Shown here: positions 1-11,155 of the stretch, piece by piece
How the letters are laid out: the number at the start of each line of letters is the position of its first letter
How positions within the stretch are numbered: position 1 is the stretch's first letter
From: a virus
Lineage: Duplodnaviria; Caudoviricetes
Length of the DNA: 64,000 nucleotides
Reading direction: 5' to 3' (one strand)
IMG/VR virus record: IMGVR_UViG_3300031994_000004
Notes under the pieces: model-generated
Told to the model about the DNA's origin: nothing
The model's database searches: none
What the model saw: the letters and a program-made list of their open reading frames with translations, nothing else
Made by a program: the position numbers and the translations under genes

Positions 1-639
1 GAACTCATTGATGCTGGCGTATTGACAAAGATTAAGATTGCGAACATTATCGCAAAATACCCCGCAGAATTTATCAAGAAGAATAAGGGTAGAAGTTATC
101 CTGAAGAAGTGAAAATGGTAGAAGAATACCAGGATAGAAATAAGGTATTGGAACTTATTCTTTCCCACACAGACCCAAAACATAACATTCTAATTCTTAT
201 GAACCACTTGAAACACGTCAAACTAATTCAAGAATGGTTAGAAGAAAAGTATCCTGACAAGAAGGTTTCTGTAATCACCGGTGCTGTAAGTGGTTCGGAA
301 CGTAGCCAAATTCGTACAGGTATTGAAAATGAAGATGGAACTATATTATTGGCTACTTATGCTACTATGAGTACAGGTGTTAATATGCCAAAGCTCCACG
401 ATGTTATTTTGTATGCTAATAGTAAGTCCAAAATCAAGGTTCTTCAGTCTATTGGCCGTGGATTGCGTAAGCACAAGACAAAGAACCAGATTATTTTGTA
501 TGATGTGATTGATGATTTGACCTATCAGACATCTAGAGGTAGATTGGTAGAGAATTATTTGATTAAGCACTGGAAAGAACGAATGAACTATTATAAGGAG
601 CAAGAATTCCCGGTAATCAATACCTCAATTAACATATAG
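1..639 (+). CDS. uvsW: UvsW-like SF2 DNA helicase, C-terminal part (5'-truncated by the window)
   Basis: Frame is open from base 1; helicase-C motifs ATYATMSTGVN, SKSKIKVLQSIGRGLR, LYDVIDDL and NYLIKHWKERMNYY as in T4 UvsW. Confidence 0.9.
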   Translation, partial: ELIDAGVLTKIKIANIIAKYPAEFIKKNKGRSYPEEVKMVEEYQDRNKVLELILSHTDPKHNILILMNHLKHVKLIQEWLEEKYPDKKVSVITGAVSGSERSQIRTGIENEDGTILLATYATMSTGVNMPKLHDVILYANSKSKIKVLQSIGRGLRKHKTKNQIILYDVIDDLTYQTSRGRLVENYLIKHWKERMNYYKEQEFPVINTSINI

Positions 640-643
640 TGGC

Positions 644-651
644 TATAAATA
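644..651 (+). promoter_or_regulatory. T4-type late promoter TATAAATA
   Basis: Exact gp55-type consensus 7 nt before the ATG at 659, heading a structural-looking block. Confidence 0.7.
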
Positions 652-658
652 TATTACT

Positions 659-3600
659 ATGGCTGAAACAAAGTTAACATTAAACCAAAACCATTTTTTA
701 GTTTACGAAGATTTTGACGGTGATAGAGCCGTTGATGAAAGTGAAAGACCATTAACAAACTTAGATTTCGCTAATTCATTACCATTGGATGGCGATACAC
801 AAGTTCGTGAAACTACTAAACACAGATATTATTATCTTAATTTAGATTGGAAAAGAAGACCAGAATATTTAAATCTTGAAGGTGAAAACTTTGGTTTACA
901 TATAATTAACATAGATACTAATGGCACAGCATATAAGAACGAATTTTGTCCTTCTGTTATGCCAAAGAAATTTATTAAGGTCAGATCAACTGATGCAGGT
1001 AAACCTGATTATCTAACACAAGGATTATGTGGTAATACAAATAGCAAAGGTTTAGGTGGTCTTGCTAATTTTAAGTATGATGGTTTTACAATAGCTGGTG
1101 AACTTAAGCTGGATTTTAAGCCTAGTGATAAACAAAGTTGTTTTTATTACTATGACAGTTATAATAAAGATTATTCGCCCCGTTCGGAAATTCTAGTAGA
1201 AGAGACTGCATATCAAGAATATGATTGGTTAAATGACGAAGTATACTATGATGATAAAATAGTATATGATATGCCATTGTTCCCATATAGTGATAATTTT
1301 GACAGTAATGATTATCTTGGTGGTTATGTTAATAGAGTTAAATTTGTTTACAAGCCAATAGAAAAAGATAACAAAGTTATTCACGAATTACACTGTTATA
1401 CAGACGATCAGCACAGTGAACCATATTATTTTGATTATTTTACTGAAGAATATGTGTCAATGAAGAATGATATTTCTCTCGTTACATTTATTCCAATTAA
1501 AGATAAACAAGCTGATATGCCTGGAGAGTTAAAATGGATGCTCTGTGAATTTTGTAGAGGAATTGCTGCATCTACAAACTTTACAGAAGTTAATAGACCT
1601 GATGACCCAGCTAGAGTTAAGTATGAATGGCGTCCTTTAACATTCAAGAACAAACCAAAGCAAGCCATTATATTTACTGACGAAGAATTCAACGAATTTC
1701 TAACTATCTATCAGTACATTCCAAAACAACCACAAGAAGATGTATCACCTACAGATTCTTCAATTCCAGTTGATGCCAATGGTAATTTCAAGTCTATTGA
1801 AGTTAATTCATACAACATAAATCCACAATTTGTTGAATATGAACCAGGTAAGACTGTTCAAGTTTTAATTGATAACAGAGATGACGAAAATGGCGAAGAA
1901 AATAAACATTTGAAAATTCTTAATAGAAATTCAGATGTTTATTATGTTACAGTAGATAAGTATTATAGTGATAGAAATTCGTCAAAATATACATTTAGTG
2001 AAAATGATTATATTTTATTGGACGCAGATGGCTATCCTTTATATTCACCAGATGTTTTAACAAAATTAGGTATTGGTTATTTAAAAGCTTCTTGGGTCAT
2101 TTATGATAATGGTGAACTTAAGGCTTATGTACCATATAGTGATTTAATTACTACTTGGTATAATGGTTTTAATAAAAAAACAAATTATGATGTTTTTGGA
2201 GAAGATGGTAAAGTAAAATCAGGTTATGTTGAAGGGCCAATTTATAGTACAAGATATTTAATGGTTCCTGATAACGGTTCATATAAATGGGCTGAAACAA
2301 ATAAATTAACATGGGATAATGGTTATTATCAAGATAACGAAGAAATCGTTTATATCTATGGTGATTTAATGGGAATAAATCCCGAACAAGTTACAAGTAA
2401 TACAGGTGCTTCTAAATATACAAATGAAGTAGAAAATATATTTAGAAGTAGACAAATTATCTATAAAACTAAGTATAATCAAAATCTTTTGTCAATGGCA
2501 AAAAATGAAGATACAAATACATGGAGTCCACTAGAATATTATGGTGGTAATCGCCCAGCTGAACCTGAATATCCAATTATATTAACTATTTTAAATCCTG
2601 AATCTGATAACCAATTCTTTGAATTTATTACTTGGCAAAAAGAACCATCAGATAGTAATGTATCTTATTCTTATACAGTAAGATACAGAATTTCCGAAAA
2701 TACATTATCCACTATTGATAAAGGTCCACAGTATAAAAACTTCGCATTTTGGACTGTAGATGCTAATAACGAAGAGGTATTGACTACAATAGATAATTAC
2801 AGTGATATTAGTCCTGTAAATGAAATTGTAGATAACGAAACAAAACCAATAATAAGAGAGATACAGTATATTATCACTTACACATTGGCACTTGATAATA
2901 TGCCTACAAATCCTTATATTGGAACATTGTTGCCAAATACTTGGTCTTATGCTCAAACAATGAAACAAGCATATCTACAAGGTCATATAGTTAGTGTAAA
3001 GAGTGTAAGTAAAGACTCTACAATTTCACAAGAAAAATACTTGGAAGAACAAATAAAACAAATTAAATTTATGACACCAAGTGAATACTATGCTGATAAA
3101 ATGCAGTTAATTTATGATGAAGATTCATCACATAATTGGTTCTGGTTAGATACATTAAGTAATTGGTGTAGATACGAACTATATGAAGATGGTACTACAA
3201 TTATGCTTAAACTATGGAATGGTTTAGGCGGCTGGGATGATGTTCAAGATATATTGAAAGAAATTAACCTTGGTGATAATAATAAACTATTGAAGAACTT
3301 TTTATATAATAAGGATTTCTTTGTGTATGGTGTTGAATTTCCAATAAACAATTCTCAAGGACTTTATATACCAGCATACAACCCAGTAGTCCCTAAGAAT
3401 GTTGGTGATGCTCATATACCAATTTTTAATAGAGGTCAGATTCACTATTTCACATTAGTTTTACCAAAAGACACCCGTTCTATTTTGTATAAAACTAATA
3501 TGTCAAACTATAATGAACAATTTAACTATAATGGCGACTATAACGATTACGCAAGAATGTTCTATCCTGAAAATAAAGAAGGAACTACTCCAAAATTACC

Positions 3601-4021
3601 AGATGATACAAGACAGTATGCTATTGGTATTGCTTCACAGTATTGTCCTTGTGTAATGAAAATGAGAACTGATGAATTAGCAATTTGTATTTACTTAACA
3701 GCACAAGTTGCTAATGAATTGGGTTATTATAAGAACATTATAACTCCTGATGAAGCAAACATCCGTTGTAAAAAGATTTTCGGGGATGGTGCTGATAAAA
3801 CCATTGAAAATGACTGGAAACGATACTTCAAAAATAATAGAATTGAAGAAAAGAAATCTGATGTTAGAGATACAAATGATGATACCATATTCAATACCCA
3901 GAGTTCAGTACTTGTAAAAGGTTCCGATACTATAAATACAATTAGAATTTATGCTATGCGACCAAACCCAACAACTAATAATAAAGACATTCAAGATTAC
4001 CTTGAAAGATGGGATAAGTAA
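659..4021 (+). CDS. Large hypothetical protein, probably virion structural (1120 aa)
   Basis: Long N/D/Y-rich ORF behind a late promoter; no family recognised. Confidence 0.55.
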   Translation: MAETKLTLNQNHFLVYEDFDGDRAVDESERPLTNLDFANSLPLDGDTQVRETTKHRYYYLNLDWKRRPEYLNLEGENFGLHIINIDTNGTAYKNEFCPSVMPKKFIKVRSTDAGKPDYLTQGLCGNTNSKGLGGLANFKYDGFTIAGELKLDFKPSDKQSCFYYYDSYNKDYSPRSEILVEETAYQEYDWLNDEVYYDDKIVYDMPLFPYSDNFDSNDYLGGYVNRVKFVYKPIEKDNKVIHELHCYTDDQHSEPYYFDYFTEEYVSMKNDISLVTFIPIKDKQADMPGELKWMLCEFCRGIAASTNFTEVNRPDDPARVKYEWRPLTFKNKPKQAIIFTDEEFNEFLTIYQYIPKQPQEDVSPTDSSIPVDANGNFKSIEVNSYNINPQFVEYEPGKTVQVLIDNRDDENGEENKHLKILNRNSDVYYVTVDKYYSDRNSSKYTFSENDYILLDADGYPLYSPDVLTKLGIGYLKASWVIYDNGELKAYVPYSDLITTWYNGFNKKTNYDVFGEDGKVKSGYVEGPIYSTRYLMVPDNGSYKWAETNKLTWDNGYYQDNEEIVYIYGDLMGINPEQVTSNTGASKYTNEVENIFRSRQIIYKTKYNQNLLSMAKNEDTNTWSPLEYYGGNRPAEPEYPIILTILNPESDNQFFEFITWQKEPSDSNVSYSYTVRYRISENTLSTIDKGPQYKNFAFWTVDANNEEVLTTIDNYSDISPVNEIVDNETKPIIREIQYIITYTLALDNMPTNPYIGTLLPNTWSYAQTMKQAYLQGHIVSVKSVSKDSTISQEKYLEEQIKQIKFMTPSEYYADKMQLIYDEDSSHNWFWLDTLSNWCRYELYEDGTTIMLKLWNGLGGWDDVQDILKEINLGDNNKLLKNFLYNKDFFVYGVEFPINNSQGLYIPAYNPVVPKNVGDAHIPIFNRGQIHYFTLVLPKDTRSILYKTNMSNYNEQFNYNGDYNDYARMFYPENKEGTTPKLPDDTRQYAIGIASQYCPCVMKMRTDELAICIYLTAQVANELGYYKNIITPDEANIRCKKIFGDGADKTIENDWKRYFKNNRIEEKKSDVRDTNDDTIFNTQSSVLVKGSDTINTIRIYAMRPNPTTNNKDIQDYLERWDK

Positions 4022-7000
4022 TGAGTTCATTTGTATTCAATGATTTTAAAGATAGATTTTTAAATGGTGAAGTACCAAGTGCTGATTCTTGGTATTTTAT
4101 TCCAGTATCCGAAGACTTTAAAGATAAATTTGAATTTAGCGGTATTCGTTTAGACCATTATAGAAGTCTAAGTGATTTTAAAGATGTATCTGATAAGAGA
4201 TATAATAAATCATTATTTGATTATCACGGAACAGAAATAGGTACAAATCATAAAGGTAAAGAAAGACTTGTAGATGTATCTGCTGCGGACTTTAAAGTTA
4301 GAGGCGATGCATTAATAAATGGTTGCTGTATTGAACATAAGTGGTCTAAGGTTATTGATGATGAATCATTTACAAATAAACCAATGTTTATTACAAAAGA
4401 AAATTTTGATAAATTTACTGATTTCTATCTAAACGCAATTATAAACAATACTAACATTCATGAATATTTAAATAGTGAAACGGGTGGATTCTATTTCATT
4501 CGTTCTAAAGACGAATTGGAATGGTTCGCAAACAGAAGTTTAAGTAATGACCGCATTATCGGTGTTATCGGCGATAATTTTGAAGGTGTAATTGGTAAAC
4601 CTATTGGTTCGGAAAAAGTTCCTTTCAATGGTATTTTAGATGGTAACTATTTTAATTTTGACATTACTATAAAAGCTGAAGATACAAATAATGGTATTGT
4701 AGCTGTTCTAGGTCAAGAAGGTAAAGTTAGAAACTTTAAACTTATTCATATTGATAGCACAACTAACTCTATTGAATGTAATATGCCTATTAACTTGAAC
4801 TATATCAAGCGAGATGGTAGAGATATTAACTGTGGTTTGCTTGTTGGTAAGAACTATGGTTTGATTGAAAACATTGATGCTTCTAATTTACAGACATTTA
4901 ATTTGTCTGGTTTCGTTCCCAGTGTTTATTCTGTAACAAACAAATCAGATGAATATAAATGGAATGAAAGTGTAAAAATTGTTAGAAAGAAGTTTGACAC
5001 AAATAATGAAAACTATTATTTCTCCAATTCATTTTGTATAAACTCTCCTGGTAACATTTGTCCTTATGTTGGTTATTTCGCAGAAGGTAAATTTGCAGAT
5101 GATGCTAAGTTTGCTTGTCTTGATATAAACTATAACCCACACAACAGTCACGAAGGCGATTTTACTGCTAACAAGCCTGATTATTATGAAAAAGGTGATA
5201 GTTTGAATGAATTTGTTGATAAGGTAAACAAATTATTCAACTATAAGCCACTTGGTTTGTACACAAGAGATTTATCTGGTCATTATGAAAATCATACTTT
5301 CGTTCCAGATACTTCAGGTGATTTGGTGTTTATTTCAAATGGTAGTCCTTCTAGTGTAGATTACTATGTTAAAAGTCCTTTGTATTATGGGCTTGATAGT
5401 TTTGGTAACTATACTACAAGATTAATCGGTCCAATGACTGATTCAAATTTCAGTGCTCAAAGGATGGAAGAAACTGTAATTTGTTATAATAACAACTTAG
5501 TTAAACGAGATTTTTCTTCTAAAAAAGAAAATCCTTGGTATTCTGCTTTCGCACCATCTTATGAAATGACTCGTTGTTCAATGAGAATGCACCCTCAAGC
5601 GAGAGCCGCATATAATGTTGGTATTATTGCTGGAGCAAACTATGGTTCAGCTAAAAATATAACAATTAGTGCTGTAGTAAAAAACACAAGTAACTTCGTG
5701 GGTTTCATTGGTGGATTTGCTGGCTTACAGGCTAATGGTTTTATTCAGGATGTTTCTATTTCTGTTGATAACCAGTTAATTTATGATTTCAGTGGTGTTT
5801 ATTCTGCTGGTGATACTGTTATCTACAAAACTACACCTATTGTTCCTGATTGTGTTAAACAAATTATATCTAATACATCTGCTATTGAAGATGAAACTAA
5901 ATTGTCTTTATTATCTGCATATTGTTCAGCTTGGTATGACGAAGGTTCATTGAATGATGACGATAATCCTGTCAATACAGCAGAAAATGTAACTAATGAT
6001 TGTATTACATATAAGTTACGCCCTATCTTTATTGTGGGTGGTGCTTTTGGTAGATATGTTCCAGTATTTGGTTTTGGTACTGATAGAAATCCAAAGATAT
6101 GTAGTGTTAATAATCTTGAAGTAGTTTATAAAGACAACTACTCAGATACTAATAACATAATCAAACGAATGGAAAACGCATTTGGCACATTCATTGGTAA
6201 AGTTGATTATGATAATATAACTGATTCTACATATTTTGCTACCAATATGTACTGTAGCGCTTGTTATTTCTCTGCTTTATCAAATGTTGGTGAACAGTTT
6301 GAAGTTATTCCATATAAATTTGAAAATAATCAGATTGTTCCTGTAGCAGAACCAATTCCTGGTTCAGAAACATCTTCTATTACACCACTTTCCATTAACA
6401 AGAAGTTAGTAGGTATTTACGAACTAAAATATAATGTATTGCCATCTGTAACATTCAATGCATATAATAGTGCTGTTAGTGTTTCTGGCTCAATGTATTA
6501 CGGTAATCAATTAGGAATTTATAATCGTGGTGATTATCCTATTGATATGTTAAACCATAACTGTGGTATTGAACAGTCACATATTTTGTCAAACTATGTA
6601 GATAAATCAATGCCATATATGTCATATACTGATATTAATAATAAAACATATTCTGGTTATGACCACTGGCACAATTATTTCGTATATCCAACCATTTCTG
6701 CTGGTGTTACTGCGGCTAATAATGGTAATCAAGGTGTTGCTGGTTGGAATAAACGAAATATGGCAAGAGAACTAATTTATATGAATAATTGTTCTTCTAA
6801 TATAAACAACAATTACATTCAGTTGTATGATGACTATGTTAATACTTGGAATATGAATAAAATACCATATTCGTTAAGTTCAAATACATCATTTAATTCA
6901 CAAGATATTTACTTGATTACAAAGTTGTGGAATTATTATAGAACAAACGATAAAAATTGTAAGATACCAACAACGGATGATATTGGTGGATGGGATGAAA

Positions 7001-7836
7001 CCAAAGGTAGTGCTTGGTCATCAGTATCTAGTGAGTTTGCTTGGGGATTGGATTTTAACAGAATTAACATTCATATTCTACAAGGTACTCAAAATACATT
7101 TGATGGATATACTACAGTTGATATTAAGAATAAACAAGCTTGGTATAGAACTAATAGAAAATACACTGATGTATTTAACGCATTTAATGTAACAGAATCT
7201 GCATTGAATGAAAACCAAGTTAACTGTTTGAAATATCTAATTGATTTAACTGCGCTTTCTTCAACAGTGTATTATGATACATATAGAACTTATAAGAAAA
7301 ACATAATGCCTGAAATTAGTGATAAACTATCAACTACAACTATTGACACAGCAGAATTCCATAATATGTTTAATTGGGTTCCAAGTGCTAGAGATGATAC
7401 TGATGTTTATTATTACTATAATTGTGATGACATTGTACACGTAGTAAATAATACACATAACTTCAATACATTGGAAGATGTGTTTACTTTTAAATATGAT
7501 GTTCAGTATCAACCTGTATTTAATAACTTCGGTTATGTTACAGATAAAGAACAATATAATGAAGGTATAAATATCGGACAATACTTAGTTCCTTCTGCTA
7601 TTAGACACGAAATAAGTGAATCAAAAACATTAGACCCTGAAACTAATCAACCATATTATATAACTTCTAGTGTTTCTGCTTCAAATAATTTTGGTGGTGT
7701 ATTAGTAGTAGATAGTTCTGGACATAATGTTATGTTTATTGACAATGATAAAGGTGTACAATTAACAGGTAATGCTGTAACATTCCCAGTTAAAAAGACT
7801 GCTGATGGTGATAAATGTATTTTGCAGGTAGATTAA
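4021..7836 (+). CDS. Large putative tail/virion protein with GLUG-like beta-solenoid segments (1271 aa)
   Basis: TAATG-coupled; segments CGLLVGKNYG, VGIIAGANYG, FVGFIGGFAG, IVGGAFG resemble GLUG repeats. Confidence 0.5.
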   Translation: MSSFVFNDFKDRFLNGEVPSADSWYFIPVSEDFKDKFEFSGIRLDHYRSLSDFKDVSDKRYNKSLFDYHGTEIGTNHKGKERLVDVSAADFKVRGDALINGCCIEHKWSKVIDDESFTNKPMFITKENFDKFTDFYLNAIINNTNIHEYLNSETGGFYFIRSKDELEWFANRSLSNDRIIGVIGDNFEGVIGKPIGSEKVPFNGILDGNYFNFDITIKAEDTNNGIVAVLGQEGKVRNFKLIHIDSTTNSIECNMPINLNYIKRDGRDINCGLLVGKNYGLIENIDASNLQTFNLSGFVPSVYSVTNKSDEYKWNESVKIVRKKFDTNNENYYFSNSFCINSPGNICPYVGYFAEGKFADDAKFACLDINYNPHNSHEGDFTANKPDYYEKGDSLNEFVDKVNKLFNYKPLGLYTRDLSGHYENHTFVPDTSGDLVFISNGSPSSVDYYVKSPLYYGLDSFGNYTTRLIGPMTDSNFSAQRMEETVICYNNNLVKRDFSSKKENPWYSAFAPSYEMTRCSMRMHPQARAAYNVGIIAGANYGSAKNITISAVVKNTSNFVGFIGGFAGLQANGFIQDVSISVDNQLIYDFSGVYSAGDTVIYKTTPIVPDCVKQIISNTSAIEDETKLSLLSAYCSAWYDEGSLNDDDNPVNTAENVTNDCITYKLRPIFIVGGAFGRYVPVFGFGTDRNPKICSVNNLEVVYKDNYSDTNNIIKRMENAFGTFIGKVDYDNITDSTYFATNMYCSACYFSALSNVGEQFEVIPYKFENNQIVPVAEPIPGSETSSITPLSINKKLVGIYELKYNVLPSVTFNAYNSAVSVSGSMYYGNQLGIYNRGDYPIDMLNHNCGIEQSHILSNYVDKSMPYMSYTDINNKTYSGYDHWHNYFVYPTISAGVTAANNGNQGVAGWNKRNMARELIYMNNCSSNINNNYIQLYDDYVNTWNMNKIPYSLSSNTSFNSQDIYLITKLWNYYRTNDKNCKIPTTDDIGGWDETKGSAWSSVSSEFAWGLDFNRINIHILQGTQNTFDGYTTVDIKNKQAWYRTNRKYTDVFNAFNVTESALNENQVNCLKYLIDLTALSSTVYYDTYRTYKKNIMPEISDKLSTTTIDTAEFHNMFNWVPSARDDTDVYYYYNCDDIVHVVNNTHNFNTLEDVFTFKYDVQYQPVFNNFGYVTDKEQYNEGINIGQYLVPSAIRHEISESKTLDPETNQPYYITSSVSASNNFGGVLVVDSSGHNVMFIDNDKGVQLTGNAVTFPVKKTADGDKCILQVD

Positions 7837-8649
7837 ATGTGGTCTGGTAATAAAAATTGTATATTTAATGCTTATAGATATTCACTCGGTATTGGTGAAA
7901 TAAAGGGCAGTAACTATAAAAATATGAAGGTCTATATTACTGACAACAATTTCCTTGCTACTAATTCCGCAAGAATGAAAGGTAAACATTTCTTATCTGC
8001 TACATCAGCTGAAAATGATATGAATTATAATTTACTTCGTTTAGGCGATTTGAAAAAGAGATACGAATGGAGTGCTTTAGATGCTAGAAATAACACAGTA
8101 ATAAAAGGACTAGACACTAAAATCATTCCAACTAATTTAATTTTGGAAAATGCTGGCTTAAATACATTTAATAAAGATACTGGATTTATATCAGAAGAAT
8201 CTTATGAGAAAATGACTGACATAGCAGCATCTTCTAAAATCTTTTCTACTGATCACAATAACAGTTGGGTTACTGGAGATTTGGATTGGGTATCTGCTGA
8301 AAAAGACATTGGTAATTCCGAACAATACTTTGTTAATGAATACAATTTTAGTAAAAATTTCAATAAAACAGAATATCAGTCTTATGGATTGAGTCAAAAT
8401 TTACTTGAAGAAAATGTTGTAAGATTATCTGCTGAATCATTCTTACTTAATTCACAGAAAGCCATTAACACATCGGCTATGGACTATGGGGCAGCTGGTA
8501 TATTGTTGACTTATGTAGATGAAGGTAAAGGATTTAGTGGAGAAAACGAACTACCAGTAGCATACTTTGATTTTGGTAAAACATTACATTCAAATTATAA
8601 CTTCTTACAAATTGACTGGCACGAAGACGGAATTATAAAGGCGGAATAA
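7837..8649 (+). CDS. Putative virion structural protein
   Basis: Late operon; C-terminal AAGILL...LPVAYFDFG...LQIDWHEDGII resembles small phage tail-associated proteins. Confidence 0.45.
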   Translation: MWSGNKNCIFNAYRYSLGIGEIKGSNYKNMKVYITDNNFLATNSARMKGKHFLSATSAENDMNYNLLRLGDLKKRYEWSALDARNNTVIKGLDTKIIPTNLILENAGLNTFNKDTGFISEESYEKMTDIAASSKIFSTDHNNSWVTGDLDWVSAEKDIGNSEQYFVNEYNFSKNFNKTEYQSYGLSQNLLEENVVRLSAESFLLNSQKAINTSAMDYGAAGILLTYVDEGKGFSGENELPVAYFDFGKTLHSNYNFLQIDWHEDGIIKAE

Positions 8650-9440
8650 TGGCAGGCACAGTAAATACAAACATCACAGCATATCCGTGGTTATGTTCAA
8701 CAATGCCCAAAACAAATGACTGGGATTGTTATTCGTCAGCTGGTAACATTGTAACAGAAGACGAAGGTCATCAAGCTGAAGCATACACAACCGAAGCCTA
8801 TGGAACTTATGGCTTACAAGTAGTTTATTATAAAGTATCTGAGAATTTGGAGAGAGATAAAATTTTGGGAGAAGACCAATTACAGGTAGTCCAAAGAGCT
8901 TTCAATATAGTAATGTATACTGAACAACTACCTCCAAATGTTCGCACATACCAATTACAAGGTATTTGGGGTGAAGATGTTATAACCTGTTTCGTGGGAG
9001 TAACAGCATTCAAATACTGGAGTACTTATGGTGGAAAGGACAGAAATACACCAAAGGTTTATGATGATTTCCAACCTAGAATTGGTGATGTTGTGTATTT
9101 GCCACAAAATAAAACTTTTTATGAAATTAGAGATGTTAAATACTACCAGGAAGCATTTGGATTGCAGTCCCATACTTATACATTAACATTGAGAGTTTAT
9201 AAGGACACGAAACTAACGATAGATTTCCGAAATGAAACCATCAGTGATAAGAAAGATCCGATTTACGATGTTGCTACAAGTGATTTCCCTGAACAATATC
9301 AGATAAATGACCCATTGAAAAAGAATGATTTATTGGAGGAAGAAAATCTAGTTAAATCTGACAATGTAAATCACATGGATGTCATTTACCACAAAGAAGA
9401 CGAAGGCCGACCTAGAATAGACCCATTTGACGGTTGGTAA
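8649..9440 (+). CDS. Neck/head-closure protein (T4 gp14-like)
   Basis: YGLQVVYY, DKILGED, PRIGDVVYLP..YEI pattern of the gp14 family. Confidence 0.7.
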   Translation: MAGTVNTNITAYPWLCSTMPKTNDWDCYSSAGNIVTEDEGHQAEAYTTEAYGTYGLQVVYYKVSENLERDKILGEDQLQVVQRAFNIVMYTEQLPPNVRTYQLQGIWGEDVITCFVGVTAFKYWSTYGGKDRNTPKVYDDFQPRIGDVVYLPQNKTFYEIRDVKYYQEAFGLQSHTYTLTLRVYKDTKLTIDFRNETISDKKDPIYDVATSDFPEQYQINDPLKKNDLLEEENLVKSDNVNHMDVIYHKEDEGRPRIDPFDGW

Positions 9441-9524
9441 ACAAAAATTTACACCCATTGTAAACATAATTTTACACAAATCTTCAGTTCGCTCATTGAC
9501 AAAATGGGCGAATTTTTCTATATT
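9437..9524 (+). promoter_or_regulatory. Early promoter cassette with two palindromic boxes
   Basis: GTAAA-N6-TTTAC 9437-9452; TGTAAA-N6-TTTACA 9459-9476; TTGACA 9496; TATATT 9519; hairpin over the -35. Confidence 0.85.
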
Positions 9525-9552
9525 ATAATCAAACAATAAAAGAGGTAACACA

Positions 9553-9810
9553 ATGAAAACTGCTGAATATATCAAATGGTTTAGTGAAAACAAAATTGCT
9601 GGTGAAAATGACCCAGTTCAGGGCATCTATAACTATACTGTTGGCGGTTATTCATTCACTACTAAACGCACGAAATCTGGGCACTTGTCGCTCTATGATG
9701 TGACTAATAGAAAAGTCTGTATTGCTACCCGTATTTACGATGACTATGGGGCAATAGAAGATTCTATCTACATCTACCTCTATAAGAAAATGGGTATTAC
9801 CAGGGACTAA
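9553..9810 (+). CDS. Hypothetical early protein
   Basis: First gene after promoter, GAGGT SD. Confidence 0.75.
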   Translation: MKTAEYIKWFSENKIAGENDPVQGIYNYTVGGYSFTTKRTKSGHLSLYDVTNRKVCIATRIYDDYGAIEDSIYIYLYKKMGITRD

Positions 9811-9833
9811 ATTTAACAACAAAAGAGGTAACA

Positions 9834-10082
9834 ATGGCGAATTCAATTATGTTTACATACTATGCTCTTGAAAGCAAGAATACTTACGATTATCGTTACT
9901 ACTATTTTGCTGGTTATGATGACGCAGGTAATATGTTGATTACTGACGCACCGGGTAATGCAGTCGCATTTCATCATACCAAAGATGCAAAGAAGTTTTT
10001 GAATAGCCATCAGGATTTGACAGAACGATTTGAAGTTCAAACAATTTTCACGAATACTGAGCCGAGATATATGAAGGTCTAA
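9834..10082 (+). CDS. Hypothetical early protein
   Basis: GAGGT SD. Confidence 0.75.
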   Translation: MANSIMFTYYALESKNTYDYRYYYFAGYDDAGNMLITDAPGNAVAFHHTKDAKKFLNSHQDLTERFEVQTIFTNTEPRYMKV

Positions 10083-10084
10083 TT

Positions 10085-10552
10085 ATGAAAATGACTAAAC
10101 GATTTGAAAAGAAGCTCAAAGCTCTAGCGGACAAAATGGGTTTAGACACCAATTTTGACTGGGATTTGGGTTGGTTTGATTTCCTGACAAAGGATTTAAT
10201 CAAGCTCGGCTGTGTTCGTTTTTATGGATATGGAATGAACACCAAGCGGCAGTTACAGATTTATGTAGCAACTGCATACACGAAAATTTGTTATTATGAA
10301 AATGGCTTAAAATGGAATGGTTATGGATGGGGTATACAGAATCGGCTTTTGATTTGGGATCCGGCAATACCTGGATATATTAAAACTGCCGAAGATGGAA
10401 CAACTCACGAAACACTCATTTTCAATGAAGAAAACGAACCAACTGAAGAAATAATTTTAGGATTTCTTGAAGCTAGTTTTACTCATTGTATGCGAGCCAG
10501 GTTTTTGGAAAAAGAAAAAGAAAGACTTAAAGCTATGCGTGAGGATTTCTAA
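10085..10552 (+). CDS. DF-tail family protein
   Basis: Ends RLKAMREDF. Confidence 0.8.
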   Translation: MKMTKRFEKKLKALADKMGLDTNFDWDLGWFDFLTKDLIKLGCVRFYGYGMNTKRQLQIYVATAYTKICYYENGLKWNGYGWGIQNRLLIWDPAIPGYIKTAEDGTTHETLIFNEENEPTEEIILGFLEASFTHCMRARFLEKEKERLKAMREDF

Positions 10553-10905
10553 TGGCATTTATTGAAGTAAACATTTTGGATAAAGTAATTTCTGCTTTTG
10601 AAAAACGCGGTTGTGAACTTGATGGTTGTAAAATGACTGCCAATACTAACAGTGGCAGTTTTGATATGACCTTTCTTAAGTATCATTGTTTCAACATTAC
10701 TGTCTATTCTAACAGTGGAGAAGCTGACCAGTGGGTTTGTTATATTGGCATTGAAAATACTGTGTCTGGTGAAGGTAGTGGTATGGATTGGCGAAATGAA
10801 TATGATGATAAGTACGAAGAAATTGTGGATAAGTTAATGCTGGAAATGAAAAGAATGGAACAAGAAAACAAAATTAACGCAATTAAGAAGGATTTCAATG
10901 ACTAG
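10552..10905 (+). CDS. DF-tail family protein
   Basis: Ends KINAIKKDFND. Confidence 0.8.
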   Translation: MAFIEVNILDKVISAFEKRGCELDGCKMTANTNSGSFDMTFLKYHCFNITVYSNSGEADQWVCYIGIENTVSGEGSGMDWRNEYDDKYEEIVDKLMLEMKRMEQENKINAIKKDFND

Positions 10906-11155
10906 AGAAGAATTTTTTGATATACACGATAAGTACAATTTGCGTCTAACTGGACATCAGATATGGTTTGGCTATTTGTATCATATCGCAAATTTAGAAG
11001 CTATCACAAAGGAAGATTATAGAATTATTTACTTTAATCAGGGCAAAAGAGAACCTAGCAAAGAAGTATTTGAAAAATTTGTACAGAAATATGTACTGAT
11101 AGTTAAAGAGAACGAAGTTACTGAACGAATTAACAAAATGAAAGGAGACTTCTAA
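10898..11155 (+). CDS. DF-tail family protein
   Basis: Starts MTREEF, ends RINKMKGDF. Confidence 0.8.
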   Translation: MTREEFFDIHDKYNLRLTGHQIWFGYLYHIANLEAITKEDYRIIYFNQGKREPSKEVFEKFVQKYVLIVKENEVTERINKMKGDF

